From assembly GCA_965205485.1 (NCBI GenBank), contig OZ242180.1, positions 4,064,001-4,128,000 of the forward strand: 64,000 nt of DNA, written 5' to 3'. Made by a program: the position numbers and the translations under genes. Positions within the stretch are counted from its first letter, which is position 1. Every line of letters begins with the position of its first letter. The notes under the pieces are model-generated. The model saw only the letters and a program-made list of their open reading frames with translations. It was not told the origin of the DNA and ran no database searches. Below are positions 50,264-59,111 of this stretch, piece after piece. The DNA comes from Candidatus Latescibacterota bacterium. Lineage in GTDB: Bacteria; Latescibacterota; UBA2968; GCA-2709665.

Positions 50264-51331
50264 TCAGAGCTTATCGACGAACTCCTGATTGTGACGCCTG
50301 AGCGTGGCATCGCTGCCCAGCGCATAGTGCCTGGACATATCCGGAGAGTACTTGCTGGCAGGCGGCCGCCGACCCAACGCTTCCGCGATCGACCTGACGT
50401 GATGCGGCCCGGCTCCGCAGCAGACGCCGAGGTACCGGACTCCCATTTCGAACGCTGTACGCGCAAACGCGGCCATTTCGTACCTGTGGCAGGTAAACGG
50501 ATCCAGCGCCGTGGGAAAGGAACGTCCCCCGGGCGGGGCCGGGGCGCCCGTTTCCCCCAGCGACTGAAACGTCGGTTGTTCATCCGTTGTGCGATACGGC
50601 ACCGGCAGTGCCGCCACGTGGCAGGACACCGAATGCCGTATTCGTTCAACGTCGGGCAGCATCGTCCGCGGTCCCCTGGTGCAATTCACCCCCACGACGT
50701 CGACGCCTGCCTGTTCAAGGCGTCTTGCGGCCTCTTCCAGCATGACGCCATCCCTCAATCCTTTTTCTCGATGGTGGGCGAAGGTGACGACAGCCGGCAA
50801 GCCGGCGCGTCTGATAGACGCCAGCGCCAGCGCGGCCTCGCCGAAGAAGGAAAATGTCTCCGCGATCATGAAATCGACGTTCGCCTCAGCCGCCCAGGCC
50901 ACCTGCTCGTCGAACATCGTCGCAACCTGCGCATCCGTTGCGCGATCGGCCGGATCCCAAATGTTGGTATTGCAGATGTTGCCGGCCACGAGCGGGCGTT
51001 CTCCGTCCACGGATCCGGCAACCGATTGCGCAATGGTCAATGCGCTTTTCTGCAGGGGTTCCAGAAGATGTTCACGTCCAATGAGACGCATCTTTTCACG
51101 GTGCCCGTAATACGTAAACGCTTCGATCACGTCGGTGCCGGCGCGCCAGAATTCAAGATGCAGCCCGGCCACGACCTCGGGATGCTCGAGCACGACTTCC
51201 GGCACGTACGGGCCCGCCTGCAGATACCCCCGGCGCTCAAGTTCGAACAGGTAGCCCTCTGCGCATATCACCGCGTCTTCGTCAAGGCGCTCCAACAGGC
51301 CCCGGGGGGTTGCCGACTCATCTGCTTTCAT
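50264..51331 (-). CDS. Betaine-homocysteine S-methyltransferase-like protein
   Basis: 'GYLFELERRGYLQAGPYVPEVVLEHPE'; Zn ligands 'GVNC' and 'GVCCG'. Confidence 0.9.
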   Translation of the reverse strand: MKADESATPRGLLERLDEDAVICAEGYLFELERRGYLQAGPYVPEVVLEHPEVVAGLHLEFWRAGTDVIEAFTYYGHREKMRLIGREHLLEPLQKSALTIAQSVAGSVDGERPLVAGNICNTNIWDPADRATDAQVATMFDEQVAWAAEANVDFMIAETFSFFGEAALALASIRRAGLPAVVTFAHHREKGLRDGVMLEEAARRLEQAGVDVVGVNCTRGPRTMLPDVERIRHSVSCHVAALPVPYRTTDEQPTFQSLGETGAPAPPGGRSFPTALDPFTCHRYEMAAFARTAFEMGVRYLGVCCGAGPHHVRSIAEALGRRPPASKYSPDMSRHYALGSDATLRRHNQEFVDKL

Positions 51332-51364
51332 CAGAATCGTTCCTTCGGTTTTCCCGACTGATTA

Positions 51365-53617
51365 TCAGGACGACACATTCGCCGGCGGCGTCGGGTCGGC
51401 GTCTCCCAGTACCGTGCGTCCGGCGGGGGTGTCCAGAAACCGGCGAATCACGTTGCGTGTGATCATCGAGACGTTATTCGAATACCCGTTGTGAGAGAGG
51501 CTGCCCGTCCACGTTACGGAGCCCGCGGAAAAGACCGCGCCTCCCCCGGCATAGTCCATAATCGCCATGTCGGCCGCGGGCGTGACGTGTGTGCGCCTGG
51601 CGGGGATGAAATCGGGATGCGCCGCCCGGGCGAGTACGACCGGCTCCGGCGTGAACCCGTCCCACGCCCAGGCCTGAACGGCATCCATTTCAAATCCGGC
51701 CGCGCTGCCCAGGTTCAAACCGAAGTCGCCGATAATCTCGTCCTCCCCGACGCCGTGGAATACCCATGCATATCTGGCGTCCATGCTTGACGGAAGCCGC
51801 CGGAATCCCCGTTTATCGTCGGCTTCGATCCAGGCGTTGGACGCGTGTTCCACGCCGACCGTCCGCCGCGGTGGACGTCCGCGCCTGGCCCACAGCCCTC
51901 CGAGTTCCAGTGTCGTACTGTGTTGGGATTCCCCGGGCGCAGGATCGTACGTCGGTCCATAGTCGCCCTCTCCTCCCCTGCGAAGTTCGAGCAGGTACGG
52001 CCGCCGGGTGTCGATGGACGTCACCCAGTACAGACCGTTGCCGCTCAAATAGACGAGGCGGCCCCCGTTCCGCACGTACGCCGCCAGGCTGTCGACCATG
52101 TTTTCGGTGTGGTATTCCGGATGGCTTCCCATAACCACACATCGGTAGCCGGAGAGCAGATCGGCGCCCCCGCGATCAAGGTCTTCGTCCGCAAATACCT
52201 CGTATTCGAACCCCAGCGCCTCCAGCCAGTCGATCAGGTAGAGGTTCGCCGTTATGTTGTGCGCCCCCCAGTTCTGGAATCCCGCGCCGGGATTCCATCC
52301 CCGTGTGGGCTGAAGGCGCGAGTAATAGTGAACCATCGAACCGTCGCTGTGAACGTCGTAAGTACACAGCGTTCGGTCCAGGACACCGTCTTCCGTATAG
52401 CTGTACGCGGCACGGTTGCTTCCGTATGCCTGCCACGTCAGCGTGGGAATCAGACATCCCAGTTCGGAACGCGGCGCCTTCGATGTAACGATAAACGGCA
52501 CGAAGAGCGCGTCCGAACCGGACCGTGCCCGCAGTGTGTATATGCCGGATCTCGCGTCGGAAGGCACCGCGACCGAGAAAGCAGTCGGCCACCCTGCATC
52601 TTCGAGGTCGTCTTCGTGCAGGTAGATCGCGTTGTAATCATCGGGCCGATCCGTATAGAGCCTGGACGGCATTCCCCCCCAGAACGGCCCCGTCACGGCG
52701 CGCCCCGGCGCATTGACGGCAAGCCCGTGGTTTCTGTTGTCAGAAAGATCGACGACCCGGGGGCCGGTCACGTCCAGGCCAAGATGCCAGTTTCCAATGA
52801 CGGGGCCGAGGGTTGACGGGTCCTGTCCGCCAGCAAGCGCCAGGACCGCTTCGCGGTCTAGCGCGGCTCCGAGAATCACGGGGTGCGCGATCTTGCCCGT
52901 GAAGTGAGCCCAGTGGCAAGCGGGGCGATCGGCGTCCTGACACGCGCCGAACAGCAATGGCGCGTTACTCGCGAACACGGAACCCTTCCTGATTTCTTTC
53001 GAGGAAAGACTCAGCGTATCGCGGGAAGACCGGGTTTCGACCACGCCGGCCGTATCGCCGATCTGCTGGTAGAGACGGATTTCGCCGGAGTCAGGACGGT
53101 GCGAGAACGCCACGAACTGCCAGTTGCCCACGTGGATGTTTTCTCTGGCCGTCGCCCAGTGCGCTGTCCTTCCGTCGTGAGAAACCGCAGCCGTCAGAAA
53201 GCGCTCGCCCGCGAAGAAAATACCGTAGCCCAGGTTTTCGCGTGTCCACTTCACGGCAAGGGCGCGCCAGCCGCCACCGCCCAGCGTTGGCTGGAACCAG
53301 AGTGCGACGGTAAACGGACCTTTCGGATTCAGGGTATCGGAGTGGGGAATCTCTATGTACGAACCATAATCCGTAGGTTGTTCGAAAACCCCGATGCGGT
53401 CCGGTTGCCCCCATGAGACGCGTTCTTCCCGGTAGCCCGGACCGGCGGGATTGGGATCGCCATGAATCAATCGCGACAGGTTCACGTCCGCCATACCTGG
53501 AGGGCCGCCCAGTTTGAATGCGATCTCCGCTCCGGCCGGCACGGTCATTTCATCCGCGTAGCCTTCCAGCCCGAGTCCCGGGACGGGCGACGATTTCTCG
53601 AATCGGGGATTGGACAA
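51365..53617 (-). CDS. N,N-dimethylformamidase beta-subunit family protein with LamG-like insert
   Basis: 'PTLTWQAY', 'YDVHSDG', 'GSHPEY', 'YLSGNG.YW', 'AAGFEMD', 'GAVFSAGS..W.GSL'. Confidence 0.85.
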   Translation of the reverse strand: MSNPRFEKSSPVPGLGLEGYADEMTVPAGAEIAFKLGGPPGMADVNLSRLIHGDPNPAGPGYREERVSWGQPDRIGVFEQPTDYGSYIEIPHSDTLNPKGPFTVALWFQPTLGGGGWRALAVKWTRENLGYGIFFAGERFLTAAVSHDGRTAHWATARENIHVGNWQFVAFSHRPDSGEIRLYQQIGDTAGVVETRSSRDTLSLSSKEIRKGSVFASNAPLLFGACQDADRPACHWAHFTGKIAHPVILGAALDREAVLALAGGQDPSTLGPVIGNWHLGLDVTGPRVVDLSDNRNHGLAVNAPGRAVTGPFWGGMPSRLYTDRPDDYNAIYLHEDDLEDAGWPTAFSVAVPSDARSGIYTLRARSGSDALFVPFIVTSKAPRSELGCLIPTLTWQAYGSNRAAYSYTEDGVLDRTLCTYDVHSDGSMVHYYSRLQPTRGWNPGAGFQNWGAHNITANLYLIDWLEALGFEYEVFADEDLDRGGADLLSGYRCVVMGSHPEYHTENMVDSLAAYVRNGGRLVYLSGNGLYWVTSIDTRRPYLLELRRGGEGDYGPTYDPAPGESQHSTTLELGGLWARRGRPPRRTVGVEHASNAWIEADDKRGFRRLPSSMDARYAWVFHGVGEDEIIGDFGLNLGSAAGFEMDAVQAWAWDGFTPEPVVLARAAHPDFIPARRTHVTPAADMAIMDYAGGGAVFSAGSVTWTGSLSHNGYSNNVSMITRNVIRRFLDTPAGRTVLGDADPTPPANVSS

Positions 53618-53697
53618 TTTTCGTACCCTCGCGAGCGCGAAGTACCAGTTCGCGTTACCGGATCACGCGTCGCCGCAGGTGGACGCCCGCAAATGGC

Positions 53698-54480
53698 CTA
53701 AATGTACCGTGCTAGCCCGCCGTCCACGTCTATGGATGCGCCGGTAATGTAGCTTGCCCGTTTGCTGGCCAGGAAAGTCACGACCGCCGCGATCTCTTCC
53801 GCTTCCCCCACCCTGCCCAGCGGTGTCTCCCGGCCGGCCTGTGCGTAATACGCCTCCAGTTCCGCGTCCGGCGCGAAATAGTCCAGCGTACTGCCCCAGG
53901 CCTGGCTCTTCACGTTGCCGGGATTCACACTGTTTACAAGAATACCGTATTGTGCAAGATTGTCCGCGAGACCCTTGCTGAACGCCAGACACGCGGCTCG
54001 GTCCGTGCTGTTGGCGATGTATTCCGGCGCAATCTGGCGCCCGACGATTGAGTTGATGTTGACAATCCTGGCCTGCGTGCTCTGTTTCAGATAGGGCAGT
54101 GCGGCCCGCACACAGCGCATCGCCGCAAACAGCTTCACGTCGAGGTCCGCGCGCCAAGGGACCTCCTCCACCTCTTCGAACGTACCGGGAAGCGCACTGC
54201 CGGCATTGTTCACCAGAATATCCAGGCCGCCCAGTGCGGTGGCTGCCGCTACCACGAACGCCAGGATCTGGTCGTTGTCCGTTACATCGGCAGTGTCGAA
54301 GAATACGTCGGCACCGGTTTCCTTCCGGAGCGCCGCCGCCGTATCGTCAAGATCACGGGACCCTCGGGCGCAGATCGCAAGGTCGGCGCCTTCCCGTGCG
54401 AATTCAAATGCAATTGCACGGCCGATACCCTTGCTGCCGCCCGTAACCAGCGCCCTGCGGCCTTTCAGCCCAAGTTCCAT
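53698..54480 (-). CDS. SDR family oxidoreductase (atypical active-site motif)
   Basis: TGGSKGIG, NNAG, 'YITG...VDGG'; NxxxR in place of YxxxK. Confidence 0.9.
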   Translation of the reverse strand: MELGLKGRRALVTGGSKGIGRAIAFEFAREGADLAICARGSRDLDDTAAALRKETGADVFFDTADVTDNDQILAFVVAAATALGGLDILVNNAGSALPGTFEEVEEVPWRADLDVKLFAAMRCVRAALPYLKQSTQARIVNINSIVGRQIAPEYIANSTDRAACLAFSKGLADNLAQYGILVNSVNPGNVKSQAWGSTLDYFAPDAELEAYYAQAGRETPLGRVGEAEEIAAVVTFLASKRASYITGASIDVDGGLARYI

Positions 54481-54550
54481 CAATCCCCTCCTGCGTGCCT
54501 GACGACGTGTCAAAGCCGTGCCCGGAACGTGTTCCGCAACCCTTTTGTAC

Positions 54551-55381
54551 TCAGTACATCGCACCCGTTGTCACGCGGATGTCCTCCCCGTTGATTCCCC
54601 GCGCTTCGTCCCGGCACAAAAAAACCACGAGATCGGCGATTTCCTCCGGAATCAGGAACCTGCCCTGCGGATAGGTTTTCATAACCTCCTCGCGCATGGC
54701 TTCACGGGAGAGTCCCTGGTCTTCAGCCCACCGCCGCAGATGCATTTCCCCCGATGGCGTCTCGATCGTAGCCGGGCTGACGGTATTGGCCGTTATGCCA
54801 TGGGGAGCCGCTTCCAGCGCAAGAGACCTGCTGAACCCCAACAACCCGTGCTTGGATGCCGCATAGGCGCTGTAATTCGACGTGCCGATATGGGAATTGG
54901 TGGAGCCGATGGATATGATACGCCCCCAACCGTTTTCAATCATATGGGGAAGTGCATATCTGGCGCAGAGGTAGGGTCCGAACAGATTCACGTCAACCAC
55001 GCGCCTCCACGCCCGGTCGTCGTGGTTCAGAATCGGATGTATTACATTCGTTGCAGCATTATTCACCAGAACGTCCAACCTGCCGAAGGTCCTGATGGTC
55101 CGGCCGATCATGTCCTCAACGTCCGTCGCGGAACTCACGTCTCCGTCCAGACCGATGCACCGTACGCCCGTTTCCCGGATTTCCCCCCGGGTTGCTTCGA
55201 TCTCGTCGGCGCCCGCGAAATATTTCACCTCGCCTTCCACCCGCTTCACGCGCACGCTGCTCAAGGACATGATGCAGACGTCCGCGCCCCGACCCGCCAG
55301 ACGCAGCGCGATAGCCCTGCCCAGCCCGCTCGCGCCACCCGTGACAATTGCGGCGCGTCCTTTCAGGAATTGATCGTCCAT
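54551..55381 (-). CDS. SDR family oxidoreductase (3-hydroxybutyrate dehydrogenase-like)
   Basis: TGGASGLG, NNA, YAASKHG. Confidence 0.9.
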   Translation of the reverse strand: MDDQFLKGRAAIVTGGASGLGRAIALRLAGRGADVCIMSLSSVRVKRVEGEVKYFAGADEIEATRGEIRETGVRCIGLDGDVSSATDVEDMIGRTIRTFGRLDVLVNNAATNVIHPILNHDDRAWRRVVDVNLFGPYLCARYALPHMIENGWGRIISIGSTNSHIGTSNYSAYAASKHGLLGFSRSLALEAAPHGITANTVSPATIETPSGEMHLRRWAEDQGLSREAMREEVMKTYPQGRFLIPEEIADLVVFLCRDEARGINGEDIRVTTGAMY

Positions 55382-55512
55382 CCTGCAATTCCAGCCTCCG
55401 CATATGCGAAATTCGCTCTGCCGAAATACGTCGCTCATACACGCCGGGCAGGGATTGGGCGGGTACCTTCAAATGGCGTATGGGACCGCGCCACGTTCCA
55501 GAACCGTCACGG

Positions 55513-57261
55513 CTATGGATTCCGTCGGGCAGCCCTTATTTCCAGCAGGTACATCACCATCACGTTTTCCTGACCAAAACTCAGGTGGAAGGCGTCCGAC
55601 AATTCGGCGACCCGCCGGATCTGGTCCGAGTTTTCATCGAATAACGGTCCAAAATGAAAAAAGCTGAAGTCGATGACCCTCGCTTCCAGCCCCGCGGCCG
55701 AAACCAGCTCCGACGTCCGAATCTGGCTTAACGCCGAAATCTGCATCAGATAGGCGATGCCCTCGTCGGCCAACATCTCCGGCAGCAGGGCGACCAGGTG
55801 ATCGAGCAGATTTCTGCCCCAGAAATCCGCGGGCCGGTGTCCGGTTGCCTGCCGGACCGGATCCACCGGCATCTGATAGAGGCTGCCGATCACCAGGTCA
55901 TGGCGCTCTTCCGGAATATAGGTGTAGAGGTCCACAACCCGTCCGGAAATACGGTCGGCCACGCCGTTGCGAAACGCGTTCGTCATTGTATTGCCGATGG
56001 CTTCTTTCTGAATATCGATTGCAAGGACCTGCTCCGCTCCGTTCAATGCGAGCTGTACAGAGAGGATTCCGGTACCGCACCCCACGTCCAGACAGCGTTT
56101 GCCCCGACCGGCGCCCGTTCGAAAGAGGTGCTTCCAGATCAGAAAGCTCCCCTGCGTGGGAGCGAATACGCCAGGATCGCAAGCAATTTCAGGAAATGGC
56201 AGCGGAAAGAGCGACCTCCCGGCCTCGTCCGCCCATGGACCCTGGACGACCGCTGCATTCTTCCGGCTTCCGCGCAGCGGTGACGCCTGCTCACGCACGC
56301 GCTTTCGGCCGGGCCGGGTACAGGCGAGCGTTTTTCCGGCTTTGGCAATGTGATCCGGCGTGACGCCACAGCACCCGCCAATGATCTGCGCGCCCTCGTC
56401 CCGCCAGCCCCTGGCCAGCGCGGCAAAGCGCCGGGGGCCCACGGACTCGTCAAATTTCCAACCCGGATCCAGGTAGCGTCCCAGGTTCGGGTAAACGCCC
56501 AACGGCAGATCCGTAAAATCCCGCAGCCACGAGATCATCCCCGGAACGTGATCCACCGGCAGACAATTGATCAGCAGGGCGCCAATCCCCAACCGTTGAA
56601 ACCGGTGGGCCAGCCTGCCGAAATAATCGCCCTCAGGCCCACCCCAGTGCTGTCCGTGTACGCCGCACAGACCCTCTCTGCAACGCCGAAAGCTCAGCCA
56701 CACCGGAAGGCCGGTCTGGATCATCATTTCGATTGCGGGAAGCGTAAGGTCGTCCCGGACGATTGACATCGTCTCCATCAAGACAAGGTCGGGCGGTTCG
56801 TCCGCAAATACCCTTGCCAGCAGTTGCAAGCGCTCCAGCCGCTGAGGCGTATCGATGTCTCCGTTCATGCTGAACGCGACGGCGCATTCGTCGTCCCTGC
56901 CCAGCTCCTGATTCGCCTGGCGCGCCAGTCCGATGCCGCGTCGCGCCACATCCATCCAATGCGATATACCCACGTCCGGCGTCGGCCCTCCCCCGCCAAT
57001 CTCCGATCCCTCGAGGATTCCCCAGGTATTGGTTGAAATGACGTCACACCCGACTTCTGCAAAGCGCCGGTGCACATCGAGAACGGTATAGGGTTCATGG
57101 TACAACGCCCAGGTGCCCCAAAGGCTGTGATCGCTTATGGCGTGATCCTTAAGGCCCATGCGATCCAGTTCGGTTGCAACACCGCCATCCAGAATGACAC
57201 AACGGTCCTCGACGATAGATCGCTGGATGCGGCGGTAGGCTTTCGAGAAGATGCGGCCCAT
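55513..57261 (-). CDS. Homocysteine S-methyltransferase domain fused to a class I SAM-dependent methyltransferase
   Basis: 'LDGGVATEL', 'INC', 'GVYPN', 'IGGCCG', then C-terminal 'LDVGCGTG'. Confidence 0.85.
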   Translation of the reverse strand: MGRIFSKAYRRIQRSIVEDRCVILDGGVATELDRMGLKDHAISDHSLWGTWALYHEPYTVLDVHRRFAEVGCDVISTNTWGILEGSEIGGGGPTPDVGISHWMDVARRGIGLARQANQELGRDDECAVAFSMNGDIDTPQRLERLQLLARVFADEPPDLVLMETMSIVRDDLTLPAIEMMIQTGLPVWLSFRRCREGLCGVHGQHWGGPEGDYFGRLAHRFQRLGIGALLINCLPVDHVPGMISWLRDFTDLPLGVYPNLGRYLDPGWKFDESVGPRRFAALARGWRDEGAQIIGGCCGVTPDHIAKAGKTLACTRPGRKRVREQASPLRGSRKNAAVVQGPWADEAGRSLFPLPFPEIACDPGVFAPTQGSFLIWKHLFRTGAGRGKRCLDVGCGTGILSVQLALNGAEQVLAIDIQKEAIGNTMTNAFRNGVADRISGRVVDLYTYIPEERHDLVIGSLYQMPVDPVRQATGHRPADFWGRNLLDHLVALLPEMLADEGIAYLMQISALSQIRTSELVSAAGLEARVIDFSFFHFGPLFDENSDQIRRVAELSDAFHLSFGQENVMVMYLLEIRAARRNP

Positions 57262-57500
57262 GCAGAATACGCTCCGGTGCGCCGGCGGCACGGCCGGCCG
57301 TCGACCGTTCCTGTATGTCCGAAACGACAGAAAAGCGTCGCGATGAGGATCCATCTGACCCGGTAATGAACCAACTCCGCCAAAGATAGCCCGGAATGGC
57401 GGGATGCACAAATGCAATTCTCACAACCTTCACGTCCCGGACCACCCGCAGGAACATCGGCCACGTTCGCATATCACGTTGATCTCGCGTGTGTATGTAC

Positions 57501-57529
57501 AAAAAAATCCCGGTGTTCCGAACCGGGAT
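57501..57529 (-). terminator. Intrinsic terminator (minus strand)
   Basis: Minus strand ATCCCGGT-tcggaac-ACCGGGAT followed by a T tract. Confidence 0.7.
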
Positions 57530-57673
57530 CCACAAGCCTAACCTCAATTCGTCGCTTTTCGGGGACGCTAAGTCGTATATATACAAGCCGATAAAGGCGA
57601 TTAAACTGCGGATTACCAGGATACTTCAGGTCACTGGAAGTGAACAGGACCTCTCCCCGGGGCCCCTCAGATT

Positions 57674-57795
57674 CGGGTAGACGGGAGAAGGTAGAGGGGA
57701 GAGATTTCTTGCCTCGTGGAGTTTCTTCTCCTGCCGCAGGCAAGAAGGAATAGAGTAGCGGGCAAGGGTTTCTTCTACCGTCTCACCTCTACCCG
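57674..57795. repeat. Nested imperfect inverted repeat
   Basis: Outer arms GGGTAGACGGGAGAAGGTAGAGG / CTTCTACCGTCTCACCTCTACCC (19/23); inner arms TTCTTGCCT / AGGCAAGAA. Confidence 0.6.
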
Positions 57796-57846
57796 CATTC
57801 AGGCTTTCTGTGGTCGATTAGACTGTTGTCTTCTTCCGAATTGAGG

Positions 57847-58074
57847 CTAATTCAGTGAACATGCGCCGGGGCCTCTCGGATCTCCGCAGGTTCCGCATGG
57901 TCCCGGGACCGCACTCGCATCGGTTTGACCGCTTCCGCCGTTTACGGCAAATACCGATAGCTGTTTCTCGAGATCGCCGCTGCCGCAGGACGGGCAGCAG
58001 GGTTCCTGGCTGCCCTGAATCAGCGTCTCGAAGGGATGACGGCAACTGCCGCAGATGAACTCGTATATAGGCAT
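57847..58074 (-). CDS. FmdB-family zinc-ribbon protein
   Basis: 'MPIYEF.C..C...FE...CPSCGS..LEKQLS.F'. Confidence 0.92.
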   Translation of the reverse strand: MPIYEFICGSCRHPFETLIQGSQEPCCPSCGSGDLEKQLSVFAVNGGSGQTDASAVPGPCGTCGDPRGPGACSLN

Positions 58075-58087
58075 TGTCTTCTCCTTA

Positions 58088-58272
58088 GAAGTTGTTTTAA
58101 AATTCCCGGTGAGTCCCGAGCGCGAGCGAAAACGTGTCGGTCACGGCGGGCAAATTCGCCTAAGAGAGGCGAGCAAGCGCAGCCTCGACCTCTCGAAACG
58201 GGTGGATTTGCCCAACGCAGACCGACGCTTTTGCAGCCGCGCGAAGACCGCTGGGGGTTTTAAGACAGCTTC
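58088..58272 (+). mobile_element. MITE family 1, copy F
   Basis: GAAGTTGTTTTAAAATT ... TTTTAAGACAGCTTC; TTA direct repeat, with the right TTA being the fdhD stop codon. Confidence 0.85.
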
Positions 58273-59103
58273 TTATTGCGCGATCCGTTCTGGGTGTGCA
58301 TACAGGTTGAAACCCTTCCTTCGAACGAATCCCGCAAGGGTAATTCCCACGTCGGATGCAAGATCGACCGCCAGAGAGCTTGCAGCGGAGACGCTTGCAA
58401 CAACGGGAATTCGCGCGACCGCCGCCTTCTGCACGATTTCAAAACTCGCTCTGCCGCTCACGGCCAGCAGGACGGCGCCCGCAGACGCGCCCACCAGGCG
58501 GTCGAAAAGCAGGGCGCCGACGGCCTTGTCCACGGCATTGTGGCGGCCAACGTCTTCGGAGCACACAAGCGGACGGCCGGACCGATCGAACGCGGCGGCG
58601 GCGTGTACGCCGCCGGTATGGGTGAATGTGGGCTGAATCCGTCTCATCCCGTCAATCGATTCGATGAGCAATTCCGCCGAGACCCTGGGCCCGGGCGGCA
58701 ACACGGAACAGCGCGCCACCAGGTCCGCAACGTCCTGTCGACCACAGACGCCGCACGCCGACGTCGTGAGTGTGCCGCGCCGGCTGGCGCTCACCCGTTC
58801 GATATCCAGGCTGTGCCCGGGCGCGGGGAGCACGTCGATGGCGTTGCCGTATCCTTCGGTCCCCGGTCGTCCGCAATGAAAGACTCTCCCCACATCCTCG
58901 ATTGACCCGATTATCCCTTCGGAAAACAGAAAACCCACCGCCAGCCGCGCATCTTCGCCCGGCGAACGCATGGTTACGGCAACGGGATCCCCCGCAACGC
59001 GGATTTCCAGGGGTTCTTCAATTGCGAGATCGTCGCGGATCGAACGCGGCGGACAGCCGTCATCCATCCTCGAAACGGCGCGCTGTGTAATCCCCGGGTT
59101 CAA
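58273..59103 (-). CDS. fdhD: Formate dehydrogenase accessory sulfurtransferase FdhD
   Basis: 'EEPL', 'TMRSPG', 'SACGVCG', 'TGGVH', 'EDVGRHNAVDK', 'SGRASFE'. Confidence 0.96.
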   Translation of the reverse strand: MNPGITQRAVSRMDDGCPPRSIRDDLAIEEPLEIRVAGDPVAVTMRSPGEDARLAVGFLFSEGIIGSIEDVGRVFHCGRPGTEGYGNAIDVLPAPGHSLDIERVSASRRGTLTTSACGVCGRQDVADLVARCSVLPPGPRVSAELLIESIDGMRRIQPTFTHTGGVHAAAAFDRSGRPLVCSEDVGRHNAVDKAVGALLFDRLVGASAGAVLLAVSGRASFEIVQKAAVARIPVVASVSAASSLAVDLASDVGITLAGFVRRKGFNLYAHPERIAQ

Positions 59104-59111
59104 CGTTATCC

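Noticed and set aside
8670..58272. Repeat family as a CRISPR array or integron attC series
   Set aside because: Copies are dispersed in both orientations with TIRs and TSDs, have no regular spacers, and no cas or integrase gene is present.
8489..58636. ORFs containing 'TNADRRFCSRAKTAG' or 'HFFARARELTGNFKT' (e.g. 8489..8734, 14604..15152, 29589..29915, 39250..39786, 58055..58636)
   Set aside because: These are translations of the MITE; they overlap real genes and have no domain features.
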